This document shows, in pieces, positions 39,618-49,569 of a stretch of 64,000 bases of DNA (position 1 is the stretch's first letter; the number at the start of each line of letters is the position of its first letter). This stretch comes from an uncultured Holosporaceae bacterium (GTDB taxonomy: Bacteria > Pseudomonadota > Alphaproteobacteria > Holosporales > Holosporaceae), in assembly GCA_964560205.1 (NCBI GenBank), contig CAZLKT010000001.1:13733-77732 (forward strand), in the 5' to 3' direction. The notes under the pieces are model-generated. The model searched no databases. It had not been told where the DNA came from and saw only the letters and a program-made list of their open reading frames with translations. Both the position numbers and the translations under genes were made by a program.

Positions 39618-39904
39618 TAAAAACAGAAATTTATGCCTTTTATCTCTGGGTGATGCGTATGGCGGCCCACGGAGCGGAACTTCTCTATCTCTCCTGGTTC
39701 AGACCCTGGTTTTCTGGACAATGTCGTTTCCATCCCACCTGTTTTCCCTATGTTAAGGAAGCTTTTCTACGTTTCTCTCTTGGAAAAGCTCTTTTTTTAA
39801 GTATTCGACGCTTATGTCGGTGTCATCCATGGGGTCCCATGGGTGAAGATCCTCTTCCACTTTTTCCACCACAAAAAAAAGGACCGTATCATGGAAAAGA
39901 ATAA
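39614..39904 (+). CDS. yidD: Membrane protein insertion efficiency factor YidD
   Basis: ...GQCRFHPTCFPYVKEAF...IRRLCRCHPWGPMGEDPLP. ATGA overlap with rnpA. Confidence 0.85.
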   Translation: MIKTEIYAFYLWVMRMAAHGAELLYLSWFRPWFSGQCRFHPTCFPYVKEAFLRFSLGKALFLSIRRLCRCHPWGPMGEDPLPLFPPQKKGPYHGKE

Positions 39905-41618
39905 AAATATTTTTATTGCAGCCCTTTTGTTCATCATCATCTGGCTTGGGATGGAGCTCTGGAGAAAACCAGAAACCCCTTCTAGAGAAACCACTTCTAC
40001 TCAGAGCAACGCCGTAATGCCTGCTCCTGCCCCGGTGGTGTGTCCTCCCTGTGAGAAAAAAGTATCACGAGAGGAAGCCTTATTGCTGACAAAGGACCAG
40101 CGCATCGCCATAAACACACAATATCTTCAAGGATCCATTCTCCTCAAAGGGCTTCGCATGGATGATGTGGCTCTTCGAGCATATCCTGCACAAACAGAGG
40201 GGGATGCCCCAGTAGTCATTTTGGCGCCCCTCGAAACACCCCAGGCTTATTATGGAACCTTTCGATGGGAAAATATGAAGGAAGAAAAAAATATTGAACT
40301 TCCTTCAGAAGACACAGTATGGAGCTGTGACGAAACATCTTTTACAGAAGAAAAGCCCATTACACTCTACTGGACAAATAATGTTGGAATAAGGTTTGAA
40401 TATATATTGTCTGTTACTGGGTATATGATTACTGTAAAACAGAATATCTCTAATGGTACTTCTGAGCCTATCCATGTAAGGGCCGTTGACGTGCTTCACA
40501 AAAGTTGTCCAGAAAAATCCCAGGGGATGATTTTTCACGAGGGCGCCATAGGGGTTTTTCAGAATAAACTGAGAGAAGTCACCTATGAAAAATGCTATAA
40601 GCCTCAAGAGCAGAACCCTCAATTCCTCCATGGAGACGAAAAATATCATGGGTGGATAGGCATTACAGACAAATATTGGTTAAGTGCTTTTATTCCAGAG
40701 GAAAAAAGTACCATGGGGCGTTTTTATGGTGCTTCTGGAGAAAGAGCTTTTTGCAGTGCAGAAACCTTTTCTCCTGTACAGGTGGTGGCCCCAGGAGCAA
40801 CCAAAACAATTACAAGCAATTTTTTTGTGGGACCTAAAAATCTTAAGCTTTTGGAGGGATATAAAAAGGAATATCATATCGCTCATTTTGATTTAGCAGT
40901 GGACTTTGGGTGGTTTTATTTTTTGACAAAGCCATTCTTTTTGATGTTGTCCTTTTTAAAGGAGCTTTTGGGAAGCTTTAGTCTTGCAATTCTCATCATG
41001 ACAGTTCTTATTCGTGTGTTGTTCTTGCCTCTATCCATTAAATCACAAAAATCCATGATACGCTTAAAAAAACTACAGCCAAAAATTGATGCTTTAAAGG
41101 CACAATATGCATCCGATAAATTGCGGTTGAACCAGGAGCTTTTAGGACTTTACAAAAAAGAAGGCATTAATCCCGTTTCTGGATGTCTTCCCATGCTTAT
41201 ACAACTTCCATTTTTCTTTGCTCTTTATAAAGTACTCTTCATTTCTCTGGAAATGCGCCATGCACCTTTCTGGGGATGGATACGAGATTTATCAGCACCA
41301 GACCCAAGCAATATCTTCACAGGATTTGGTCTTTTTTCCTACGAGGTTCCCTTTGGACTTCATATGGGAGCATGGCCCATCATCATGGGATTGAGCATGT
41401 GGCTTCAACAAAAAACTACGGATTCCCCTTTGATGGATCCTCATCAACGATTTCTCCTCACCTATGTCTTGCCAGCAGTATTTGCATATATGTTTGAAAA
41501 CTTCCCTGTTGGACTTGTCATTTATTGGACATGGGGAAATATTCTCACCATTGTCCAACAATGGGTCATGACAAAATGGATGGGGAAAGGATCACAGTCG
41601 TTTTCTCTATCACCGTAG
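39891..41618 (+). CDS. yidC: Membrane protein insertase YidC
   Basis: N-terminal transmembrane segment, a large periplasmic domain, and the conserved core ...LAILIMTVLIRVLFLPLSIKSQKSMIRLKKLQPKIDALK...INPVSGCLPMLIQLPFFFALY. Confidence 0.9.
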   Translation: MEKNKNIFIAALLFIIIWLGMELWRKPETPSRETTSTQSNAVMPAPAPVVCPPCEKKVSREEALLLTKDQRIAINTQYLQGSILLKGLRMDDVALRAYPAQTEGDAPVVILAPLETPQAYYGTFRWENMKEEKNIELPSEDTVWSCDETSFTEEKPITLYWTNNVGIRFEYILSVTGYMITVKQNISNGTSEPIHVRAVDVLHKSCPEKSQGMIFHEGAIGVFQNKLREVTYEKCYKPQEQNPQFLHGDEKYHGWIGITDKYWLSAFIPEEKSTMGRFYGASGERAFCSAETFSPVQVVAPGATKTITSNFFVGPKNLKLLEGYKKEYHIAHFDLAVDFGWFYFLTKPFFLMLSFLKELLGSFSLAILIMTVLIRVLFLPLSIKSQKSMIRLKKLQPKIDALKAQYASDKLRLNQELLGLYKKEGINPVSGCLPMLIQLPFFFALYKVLFISLEMRHAPFWGWIRDLSAPDPSNIFTGFGLFSYEVPFGLHMGAWPIIMGLSMWLQQKTTDSPLMDPHQRFLLTYVLPAVFAYMFENFPVGLVIYWTWGNILTIVQQWVMTKWMGKGSQSFSLSP

Positions 41619-41632
41619 CACACACCATTTGT

Positions 41633-42223
41633 ATGAAAAATCAGCTTATTTTTCCACCATCGTGTCGTTTTCTTGCAAGTGCTAGCACATTTTCAGCGCT
41701 CCCTCCCGAAAGCTGTCGGGAGGTGGCCTTTTGGGGGCGTTCTAATGTGGGAAAATCATCACTTCTTAATGCACTCATGGGAAGAAAAAATTTAGCTCGA
41801 TGTTCCAAAACCCCAGGCTGCACGAAAAGTTTCATTTTTTATGAGGTGCATCCCCTCCTCCACTTTGTTGATCTTCCTGGATATGGCTATGCAAAAGCCC
41901 CATCTTCCATGCAAGAAAAATGGGACTATCTTATGGATGCCTATGTTTCATCTCGCAGAACCCTCTATCATATTTATCTCCTCATTGATGGACGCCATGG
42001 CGCAAAAGCTTCTGACAATATGGTACGACACTTTTTGGAAGACAAAGGAAAGCCCTATTCCCTCATCTTCACAAAAAAAGATAAAACATCACCTCTTACT
42101 CGACAAAAATGCTTGGATGATGTTATGACATGGAATTTTTCTCTGCCTTATTTTGTCAGCGTTAAAAATATGGATGGTATTGCACATCTCAAAAGTAGCA
42201 TTGAATCACAATTTTTGTTTTAA
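41633..42223 (+). CDS. engB: Ribosome biogenesis GTP-binding protein YihA/EngB
   Basis: EVAFWGRSNVGKSSLLNAL, DLPGYGYA, and TKKDK motifs. An internal ATG was chosen as the start. Confidence 0.85.
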   Translation: MKNQLIFPPSCRFLASASTFSALPPESCREVAFWGRSNVGKSSLLNALMGRKNLARCSKTPGCTKSFIFYEVHPLLHFVDLPGYGYAKAPSSMQEKWDYLMDAYVSSRRTLYHIYLLIDGRHGAKASDNMVRHFLEDKGKPYSLIFTKKDKTSPLTRQKCLDDVMTWNFSLPYFVSVKNMDGIAHLKSSIESQFLF

Positions 42224-42248
42224 TCGTTTTAACCCAATGGAGTAATTT

Positions 42249-43529
42249 ATGAATACATCATTACCAAAAAGAAATTCTTCACAAAAAGAATGCTTGCCTC
42301 TTGCAGTGCTTATGCTAAGCATCAGTACTCTTTTCATTAATTGGTCTTCCGTGGTTGTTTTTACCTGTATGCCTCTTGTTTTAACCAAATATTTTTCCCT
42401 TGGTATGTCCAGCACGGGTTCCCTTGAGGGCGCTGTAGAAGGATTTTCCCTTATAACCAGAGCTGTTTCCGGCATGGTTAGTGATGTGAAGAGAAAAAGA
42501 AAAAGCTTTCTTGTCATAGGCTACATCATTTCCCTTGTTTCCCGAGTGATATCTTCCACATCCATTTCTATGTATATGATGGCGTCTTCCCGTTTCTTAG
42601 ATAAGTTTGGAAACGGCATTCAAGCAAGTCCTCGAGAAGCATTTATTATGGACCAAGCGCCAAAAGCGCTTTTAGGAAAATCCTTTGGATTGAATAAAAC
42701 CTTCGGCATGCTAGGCTCCGCCATAGGGTCCCTTCTTTTGTGGTGGATTTTTCATGTATGGGGAACCTACTGGTCAGAAAACCTCTTCCAAATTCTTTGG
42801 GGGGCTACTTTCCTTATGTTTATTGCCACAGGACTTCTTATTGTAGGTACACGCGAAACACAGGATACACACACTGAAAAAAGAATTAAAAAAGAAACAT
42901 ACTTTCATAGGCTTTTACAAATCATAGAGGATATAAAAAGCTTTCCCACATCTTATTGGGTTGTCATTATTATTTCCTTCCTTTTTAAACTTGGGTATTT
43001 CAGTGGTGCATACATTATGCTTTTCGTGCAACGACAGAAATTCACATCTATCCTTGGCATTCCTGTGTTAAGTGATATAGAAATACCTGCCATGGTTATG
43101 TCCATTCAAAATATTTCCTGTGCGCTTTTATCGTACCCCATGGGTTATTTATCAGACCTTCTCAGTCGTCGAAGTTCAGTGTTTTTGGGATTTACAGCCA
43201 TGCTATTGTCCCTTCTCTGCTTTAGTTTCGGATCACAATATGCCAGCGTTGTGATAATGGGCATTCTTCTCTATGGTATACAAATGGGTATGCAGGGGGC
43301 TCTTCTGGCACTTCTTTCCACCAGTATTCCTGATAACCTTCGTGGTACAGGCTTTGGGGTTTTTTATTTTCTCACTGGTATTTCGGTTATCGTTGCCAAT
43401 AGTGCCATTATGAAGCCCCTGTGTGACTTTTTCACTCCAGAGATAGCCTTTCTCTTTGTATGTCTTCCCATTTGCTTTGCTTTGGGACTGCTTTTTTCTC
43501 TTCCATCCAACCAACCGGAGAAAAAATGA
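42249..43529 (+). CDS. MFS transporter
   Basis: About 12 predicted hydrophobic segments and a GMVSDVKRKRK loop between TM2 and TM3; 426 aa. Confidence 0.75.
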   Translation: MNTSLPKRNSSQKECLPLAVLMLSISTLFINWSSVVVFTCMPLVLTKYFSLGMSSTGSLEGAVEGFSLITRAVSGMVSDVKRKRKSFLVIGYIISLVSRVISSTSISMYMMASSRFLDKFGNGIQASPREAFIMDQAPKALLGKSFGLNKTFGMLGSAIGSLLLWWIFHVWGTYWSENLFQILWGATFLMFIATGLLIVGTRETQDTHTEKRIKKETYFHRLLQIIEDIKSFPTSYWVVIIISFLFKLGYFSGAYIMLFVQRQKFTSILGIPVLSDIEIPAMVMSIQNISCALLSYPMGYLSDLLSRRSSVFLGFTAMLLSLLCFSFGSQYASVVIMGILLYGIQMGMQGALLALLSTSIPDNLRGTGFGVFYFLTGISVIVANSAIMKPLCDFFTPEIAFLFVCLPICFALGLLFSLPSNQPEKK

Positions 43530-44206
43530 CTATTTTTCACCTCGGACAACAGAACAACCCAGAGGGTGTGGTTGTTCTCTTCCATGGATATGGGGCCTCT
43601 GCAGCGTCTTTTCTGAGCATAGCAGAGATGTTGTATCAGCATCATCCCACCCTTCTTTTCTTAGTGCCGGATGGTATAGAACCCCATGAAGGTGATGGAG
43701 GCCGTCAATGGTTCTCTCTCAAAGGATTCTCCTTAGAAGAAGACTCCTTTTTAAAAACATTGCACCAAAAGCTTACGGGCACAGCTTCTGCAGTATATGC
43801 TCTTTTAAAAGAGAAATTTCCCTGTGTGGAGCATGCCCCCCTCATTCTAGGTGGTTTTTCCCAAGGAGCAAGCTTAGCTATTCATATGGGATTATATACC
43901 ATAGAAACAAAGGGTATTCTCTCCTTTTCTGGCTTTTACCAATCCCGGGAAGACATACCCCCCATTTACTCCCCCCCCATTTTTTGGGTCCATGGAAAAG
44001 AAGACGAGGTTATTCCCATTTCCCTTATGGAGCAAAGTGTTGCCTCTCTACGCCAGGCACACATCCTTGTGGATACCATGAAGATCGATAATGTGGATCA
44101 CAAAATCTCCTCGTCCTGCTTCCCACAAGTCCATCATTGGATAAGAACATGGATTAGTTCATCTGATGAACCACCGAGATCATCTGATCCAAGGAAATAT
44201 TTTTAG
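43526..44206 (+). CDS. Alpha/beta hydrolase, phospholipase/carboxylesterase family
   Basis: VVLFHGYGAS, the nucleophile elbow GFSQGA, then WVHGKEDEVIP...DH. ATGA overlap with the MFS gene stop. Confidence 0.75.
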   Translation: MTIFHLGQQNNPEGVVVLFHGYGASAASFLSIAEMLYQHHPTLLFLVPDGIEPHEGDGGRQWFSLKGFSLEEDSFLKTLHQKLTGTASAVYALLKEKFPCVEHAPLILGGFSQGASLAIHMGLYTIETKGILSFSGFYQSREDIPPIYSPPIFWVHGKEDEVIPISLMEQSVASLRQAHILVDTMKIDNVDHKISSSCFPQVHHWIRTWISSSDEPPRSSDPRKYF

Positions 44207-44387
44207 GAAGCTTGTTTTTAAGAAATGCAATTTTGTCTGATGGAGTTGTCCCCAGCTTCCCTCCAGCCCGGAGCTTTTCTCTCACCCATTTTTCCACATT
44301 TGCTGGGCTTTCCTTTGCATACACATGGCCAGCCCCCCCTAGACAAAAAAGAAAGACCGCATGAAAAAGAACTTTGTTTACTTTCAT
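44154..44387 (-). CDS. Hypothetical small secreted protein
   Basis: 77 aa. Signal peptide MKVNKVLFHAVFLFCLGGAGHVYA-KE. GGAGA SD upstream of the ATG at 44387. Its 3' end overlaps the convergent hydrolase gene by 53 nt. Confidence 0.45.
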   Translation of the reverse strand: MKVNKVLFHAVFLFCLGGAGHVYAKESPANVEKWVREKLRAGGKLGTTPSDKIAFLKNKLPKNISLDQMISVVHQMN

Positions 44388-44823
44388 TTTATTTCTCCGT
44401 TTGTTTTTTTATTATTATATACTCGAAAAAATTAAAACAAAACAAATTTTTACTAAAAAAAACAAATAAAATTATACCTTGGGAAAATAAACGAATCAAA
44501 GCATACCTTCACCCTTTTTTGCAAAAAGGCAAACACTCTTTATTCACACAACATTGTGGAAAAAAACTGGGAAAAAATTTTTTTCAGGGGAAAAATGGAG
44601 AAAAAATCTTTTTTTCCTCCTTTATAAAAAAGTTTTCAACAGGAAAAAATCGCCCCAAAAGCATTTTTCTTTCAGGGATTTAAGAAAAAATCCACAGGAC
44701 ACCGCCCGTACTATCACCACTATTTTCTTATTATAAAAAAATTAAAAAAGGGTAAAGGATCAGTAGGAAAAAATTTCCATCGTGATATACTCTTTCCCAG
44801 AATCATCTCGGTGGTATTTTCCT
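44388..44823. promoter_or_regulatory. AT-rich, low-complexity intergenic region upstream of alaS with recurring GGAAAAAA-type motifs
   Basis: G(G)A5-7 motifs occur at about 44558, 44569, 44587, 44597, 44641, 44682 and 44765, interleaved with T7 runs. There is no credible ORF. Confidence 0.35.
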
Positions 44824-47466
44824 ATGAAAACGCAGGATATCAGGAAGAAATTTCTTCATTTTTTTGAAAAGCATGGACATAAAGTTCTCCCTTCTGCGTC
44901 GCTGTTACCAGAAGACCCGACGCTTCTTTTTACAACGGCTGGCATGGTGCCATTTAAGGACTATTTCACACGAAAAAAAGAACCACCCTTTCCAACGGCT
45001 GCCACAAGCCAAAAGTGTGTACGAGCTGGAGGAAAGCATAACGATTTGGAACAGGTGGGGTATACAAAGCGGCATCATACTTTCTTTGAGATGTTGGGTA
45101 ACTTCTCCTTTGGAGATTATTTTAAGCGAGACGCTATTTTTTATGCCTGGACCTTTCTGACAAAGGAGCTGCTCCTTCCAGAGGAGAAACTTTCTGTAAC
45201 CGTTTTTCATACTGATGATGAGGCCAGGATGCTCTGGAAAGAGATTGCAGGACTTCCGGATGAGCGCATTTATTCCATCGATACCGATGATAATTTTTGG
45301 TCCATGGGTAACACAGGGCCATGTGGACCTTGTACAGAGATATTTTATGACCATGGGGAAGATGTTTTTGGTGGACCTCCTGGATCGGCTCATGCAGATG
45401 GGGATCGCTTTGTGGAAATATGGAATATTGTCTTTATGTCCTATGAAAAAATTCAAAAGGGTGACGACATTGAAACCATTCCTCTCCTCAACTCTTCCAT
45501 TGATACTGGCATGGGCTTAGAAAGGCTAGCCACAATTCTTCAAGGGGTGAAGGATAATTTTGAAACAGATATTCTCAAGGCTTTGGTCTTAAAGTGTGAA
45601 GAGCTAAGCGGAATATCCTCCAGAGGAGAGAAAAAGTTTTCCCACAGAGTTATTGCAGATCACATAAGAAGCATATGTTTTCTCATGGCCGATGGTCTTC
45701 TTCCTTCCCATGAAGGTCGAGGTTATGTTCTCCGCCGTATTATACGCCGAGCTTTGAGGCATGCTCAGCATCTTTCCTGTGGTGTCTCTCTTCTTATTGA
45801 TATTATTCCAACTCTTGTGCGGGAAATGCAGGATCCGTATAGAGAACTTCTTTCCTATGAGTCAGCCATCAAAAATACCCTTCTTCAAGAGGGAGAAAAA
45901 TTTTCACATCTTTTGCAAAAAGGCCTTGTATTTTTGGATGGCTGGAAGAAGGAAAAAGACCCTACCTCCCATGTTTTTCCTGGAGAAAAAGCCTTTCACC
46001 TTTATGATACCTTTGGTTTTCCCTTGGATCTCATTCAAGATATCATGAAGGAGGACGGCATACAGGTGGATGAAGGCGTTTTTCATCAGTGTATGGAGGC
46101 TCAGAAGGCTCGATCAAAGGATTCTTGGGTGGGATCTGGAGAAAAAAGTTTGGAGGATATCTGGATTTCTTTGGAAAAAAATCATAGTCCCACAGAGTTT
46201 GTGGGATATGATAAAACGCAGGACACCTCTTCTGTTTGTGTGATACTAAAGGGAAACGGAAATGACTCTGCTCAGAGTATTTCCGCGGGAGAAAAGGGAA
46301 AAATTATTACCATTTCTACACCATTTTATGGGGAGTCTGGTGGACAGGTGGGAGATAAAGGTATAGCGCGGACCAAAACAGGAACTTTTCTTATTTCTGA
46401 CACTCAGAAAAAAGGTGTTTTTGTGGTTCATGACGGGCATGTGGAAAGTGGGTCCATTGGTGTTGGAGAAGCCATAGATTTGTCTGTGGATACAGTACAT
46501 CGTCGTCTTACTGCGGCCAATCATTCTGCCACCCATCTGCTCCATGAGGCTCTCCGCCAAGTATTGGGGAATCATGTGGTGCAGAGGGGGTCTCTGGTAT
46601 CATCAGAAAAGCTTCGATTCGATTTTAATCATTTTCAAGCACTGACTGTGGAAGAGATAGAAAAAGTGGAGCGCTTGGTCAATGGACATATTCAAGCCAA
46701 TCTCCCCATTGATAAGAAAGTTATGAAAAAGGAAGAGGCTTTTTCCCTTGGGGCAATGGCTCTCTTTGGAGAAAAGTACGAAGACAATGTGAGAGTCATT
46801 TGCATGGGAGAGGCTCCTGAAGAAAAGGCAGAAAAAAAGGCTTTTTCCATAGAATTTTGTGGAGGCACCCATGCGTCAAGAACTGGAGATATTGGGGTTT
46901 TCAAAATCATCGCAGAAGGAAGTGTCTCTTCCGGTGTGCGTCGTGTGGAGGCCGTTACAGGAGAGGGAGCCGTGGAATTTTTCCAGAAGCTCTTTTATGA
47001 AGGAAAATCTGTGGCAGAAAAGCTCCACTGTGGGCTTTTTGATATATGTAAAGCCCTTGATGAAAGAGCAGAGAAGACATTAAAGAAAAAGGGAGTTTCT
47101 CCCTCTTCTTTTCTCTGGACACGGGAAGATATGGGAGACAATACTTTTTGTTTTACCCATACGCAAGAAGATGTTTCTGTGGATGAGCTGAGAGAAGCTG
47201 TGGACAAGGAGAGAGGAGCTATAAAGAAAGGTCTTGTGCTTATAACTTTTTTGCAAAAGGGAAGTTTATCTTTTGTTCTCTGTATGGTGGGACGAGAGAA
47301 GGATAATGCTTCCCTTATGATCAAAGAAATGATAGCTTCTCTTGGGGAAGGAAATGGTGGTGGACGAAAGGATTTCGCACAAGGTGGTGGAATTAACCCT
47401 GTTCGCCTTTCAGATATACGTACCTTTTTCCGTCAATGGCTTATACAAGGAGGAACCCTCTCATGA
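44824..47466 (+). CDS. alaS: Alanine--tRNA ligase
   Basis: MKTQDIRKKFLHFFEKHGH..., FTTAGM, the editing-domain HSATHLLH motif, and a C-terminal GGGRKDFAQGGG. Confidence 0.95.
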   Translation: MKTQDIRKKFLHFFEKHGHKVLPSASLLPEDPTLLFTTAGMVPFKDYFTRKKEPPFPTAATSQKCVRAGGKHNDLEQVGYTKRHHTFFEMLGNFSFGDYFKRDAIFYAWTFLTKELLLPEEKLSVTVFHTDDEARMLWKEIAGLPDERIYSIDTDDNFWSMGNTGPCGPCTEIFYDHGEDVFGGPPGSAHADGDRFVEIWNIVFMSYEKIQKGDDIETIPLLNSSIDTGMGLERLATILQGVKDNFETDILKALVLKCEELSGISSRGEKKFSHRVIADHIRSICFLMADGLLPSHEGRGYVLRRIIRRALRHAQHLSCGVSLLIDIIPTLVREMQDPYRELLSYESAIKNTLLQEGEKFSHLLQKGLVFLDGWKKEKDPTSHVFPGEKAFHLYDTFGFPLDLIQDIMKEDGIQVDEGVFHQCMEAQKARSKDSWVGSGEKSLEDIWISLEKNHSPTEFVGYDKTQDTSSVCVILKGNGNDSAQSISAGEKGKIITISTPFYGESGGQVGDKGIARTKTGTFLISDTQKKGVFVVHDGHVESGSIGVGEAIDLSVDTVHRRLTAANHSATHLLHEALRQVLGNHVVQRGSLVSSEKLRFDFNHFQALTVEEIEKVERLVNGHIQANLPIDKKVMKKEEAFSLGAMALFGEKYEDNVRVICMGEAPEEKAEKKAFSIEFCGGTHASRTGDIGVFKIIAEGSVSSGVRRVEAVTGEGAVEFFQKLFYEGKSVAEKLHCGLFDICKALDERAEKTLKKKGVSPSSFLWTREDMGDNTFCFTHTQEDVSVDELREAVDKERGAIKKGLVLITFLQKGSLSFVLCMVGREKDNASLMIKEMIASLGEGNGGGRKDFAQGGGINPVRLSDIRTFFRQWLIQGGTLS

Positions 47467-48596
47467 AGAAAAACATCATACTTTTTTTTGGTGGTCAATC
47501 GGCAGAACATGAAATTTCCGTTATTTCCGCGCAAAATATTTTCTCCGCCATGTGCAAGAAAAAATATGAGGTTTTCTGTGTGGGCATCAGTAGGAAAGGA
47601 CACATGGGATACTTTTCTCACGAAGATTTTGCCGCGATGAAACGAGTTGATGAGGAGAGCGTTTTACAAAATCCTTTAACAATGTTCATGGATTCTTCAG
47701 GGTTTTTCATAAATATCATGGGAGAAAAAACCTCTAAAAGAGTTGTTATTCATCTTGCTTTTCCCGTACTCCATGGGCCCATGGGGGAGGATGGTGCCAT
47801 ACAGGGATGGCTTGAGAGCTTCAACATTCCCTACGTGGGGAACCCTGTGCTGGCTTCTGCTTTAAGTATGAATAAAGCTCTCACAAAAACCATCGCTCTT
47901 GCCAATGGTATTCCTGTTATCCCATTTTCCGTTCTTCGAAAGGGTGAACACCTTCTGTCTTATGATGATATGATGAGCATCTTAGATTCCAAAACCCTTT
48001 TTGTGAAACCCAATGCCTTGGGATCTTCTGTAGGCATGGCAAAGGTTTCTTCTTCCCAAGAATATACAGATGCGGTAAAGGATGCTTTTCTCTATGGAGA
48101 TACTGTCATTGTGGAAAAATTTATGAGAAAACGACGAGAGTTTGAATGTGCGGTTCTGGGAAATATATCTCTTCAGGTGTCTGGTGTTGTGGAGGTAAAA
48201 TGTTTTCATGCATTTTATTCCTACTCAGCAAAATATTTAGACCCGGACTCCACTGATTTTTTCTTACCTGCCCCTATTTCTCAAGAGCTTTGCCAAGAGA
48301 TACGGAAAAGAAGCAGAGAGATATTTCGTCTTTTGGAATGCCAGGGAATGGCAAGGGTGGATTTTATCATGGATGAGGACAATGACAGGCTCTATTTCAA
48401 TGAGGTTAATACAATACCTGGATTTACCTCCATAAGTTGCTATCCAAAATTATTTTTACACGAGGGCATTTCCTATGAGGACCTCATCCAAAAGCTTCTT
48501 GACCTTGCCGAGGAGAGATTTTCTCGATGGAAAAAATTTTCCGTGGAACATGATGTTACAAAGGATCTCATTTACTATCCTTCAAAGGAAAAATAA
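47463..48596 (+). CDS. ddl: D-alanine--D-alanine ligase
   Basis: MKKNIILFFGGQSAEHEISVISA..., FPVLHGPMGEDGAIQG, and an ATP-grasp C-terminal half (EVNTIPGFT). ATGA overlap with alaS. Confidence 0.9.
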   Translation: MKKNIILFFGGQSAEHEISVISAQNIFSAMCKKKYEVFCVGISRKGHMGYFSHEDFAAMKRVDEESVLQNPLTMFMDSSGFFINIMGEKTSKRVVIHLAFPVLHGPMGEDGAIQGWLESFNIPYVGNPVLASALSMNKALTKTIALANGIPVIPFSVLRKGEHLLSYDDMMSILDSKTLFVKPNALGSSVGMAKVSSSQEYTDAVKDAFLYGDTVIVEKFMRKRREFECAVLGNISLQVSGVVEVKCFHAFYSYSAKYLDPDSTDFFLPAPISQELCQEIRKRSREIFRLLECQGMARVDFIMDEDNDRLYFNEVNTIPGFTSISCYPKLFLHEGISYEDLIQKLLDLAEERFSRWKKFSVEHDVTKDLIYYPSKEK

Positions 48597-48597
48597 T

Positions 48598-49551
48598 ATG
48601 GTTTTTTCCCCTGAATGGCAGTTTGTGCAGCTTACATGGATTCTTCCAGAGGAAGAGGCGCTTTTTCTCATGGGATTCTTAGATGAGTGCTGTACGAGTA
48701 CGGCAATTTTTGCAGTGGAGGAGGATTCCCCAGAAGCTTCGACCTCGTGGTGTGTGGAGGCGCTTTTGGCTCTTCAGCAGCACACGGAAGAATCATATCA
48801 TATGTGGCTTCAAGGAGTTCTGGAGTTTTGCCAAAGAACCTCCTTACCTGTCCCTCATCAAGAGGGAATTTTTGAGAAAAATTGGTTACTGGAATGTCAG
48901 ACAAAGCTTCCCCCTATTCATGTGGGATCTTTTTATATCTATCAAGATTTTCATCAGGAAGATAAAACTGCATTACATGCTTTGTGCATTCAGGCTGCCA
49001 CAGCTTTTGGATCTGGGTATCATGAAACAACCCAAGCATGTCTTTTTTTACTAGAAAAACTGTGGCAGGATGATCCGTGGGACACTGCTTTGGATCTTGG
49101 TTGTGGTTCAGGGATCCTCACATTGGCCATGAATTGCTTGTCTCCAGGCTCCACCATAGGTGCAGATTATGATGATGAAGCGGTGAAGATCTCATCTGAA
49201 AATGCTATGGTCAACAAAATATCCTGTGATTTTGTCACCAGCATGGGATTTTCTCACCATGAACTCCGACGAGAATTTTCTCTCATCGTGGCCAATATTC
49301 TGTACGATCCTCTCACAGAACTTGCAGAAGATATAACCGCTTTTGCACAAAAATATGCAGTGCTTTCTGGCATACTGTCTCAGCAGAAATCGGGTCTTTT
49401 GGAGATATATGAGAAAAAAGGGTGGCATCTTTTGGCAGAAAAAGACATAGGAAAATGGTGTGCGATTCTTTTAAAGAAAAATGAGCATTGTGCCGCCGGA
49501 GAGAATCGAACTCTCGACCCCGTCCTTACCAAGGACGTGCTCTACCACTGA
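48598..49551 (+). CDS. prmA: Ribosomal protein L11 methyltransferase
   Basis: FGSGYHETT and the SAM motif LDLGCGSGIL. ANIL is also present. The last 61 nt read through the antisense tRNA-Thr gene before the first stop. Confidence 0.8.
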   Translation: MVFSPEWQFVQLTWILPEEEALFLMGFLDECCTSTAIFAVEEDSPEASTSWCVEALLALQQHTEESYHMWLQGVLEFCQRTSLPVPHQEGIFEKNWLLECQTKLPPIHVGSFYIYQDFHQEDKTALHALCIQAATAFGSGYHETTQACLFLLEKLWQDDPWDTALDLGCGSGILTLAMNCLSPGSTIGADYDDEAVKISSENAMVNKISCDFVTSMGFSHHELRREFSLIVANILYDPLTELAEDITAFAQKYAVLSGILSQQKSGLLEIYEKKGWHLLAEKDIGKWCAILLKKNEHCAAGENRTLDPVLTKDVLYH

Positions 49552-49562
49552 GCCACGGCGGC
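49491..49562 (-). tRNA. tRNA-Thr (anticodon GGU), no encoded CCA
   Basis: Hand fold: GCCGCCG TG GCTC AGTGGTA GAGC A CGTCC TTGGTAA GGACG GGGTC GAGAG TTCGATT CTCTC CGGCGGC A. It lies 7 nt downstream of birA on the same strand. Confidence 0.85.
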
Positions 49563-49569
49563 TGGTGTC

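Noticed and set aside
44225-44683. A 152-aa plus-strand ORF spanning the AT-rich spacer
   Set aside because: The translation is low-complexity (K/F/G runs produced by A/T tracts). It overlaps the better-supported minus-strand secreted-protein ORF and has no SD.
44388-44823. The AT-rich spacer upstream of alaS as a candidate replication origin
   Set aside because: I found only one partial DnaA-box-like sequence (aaaatccaca, near 44687). There is no cluster of boxes and no dnaA, hemE, parAB or other origin-linked genes nearby.
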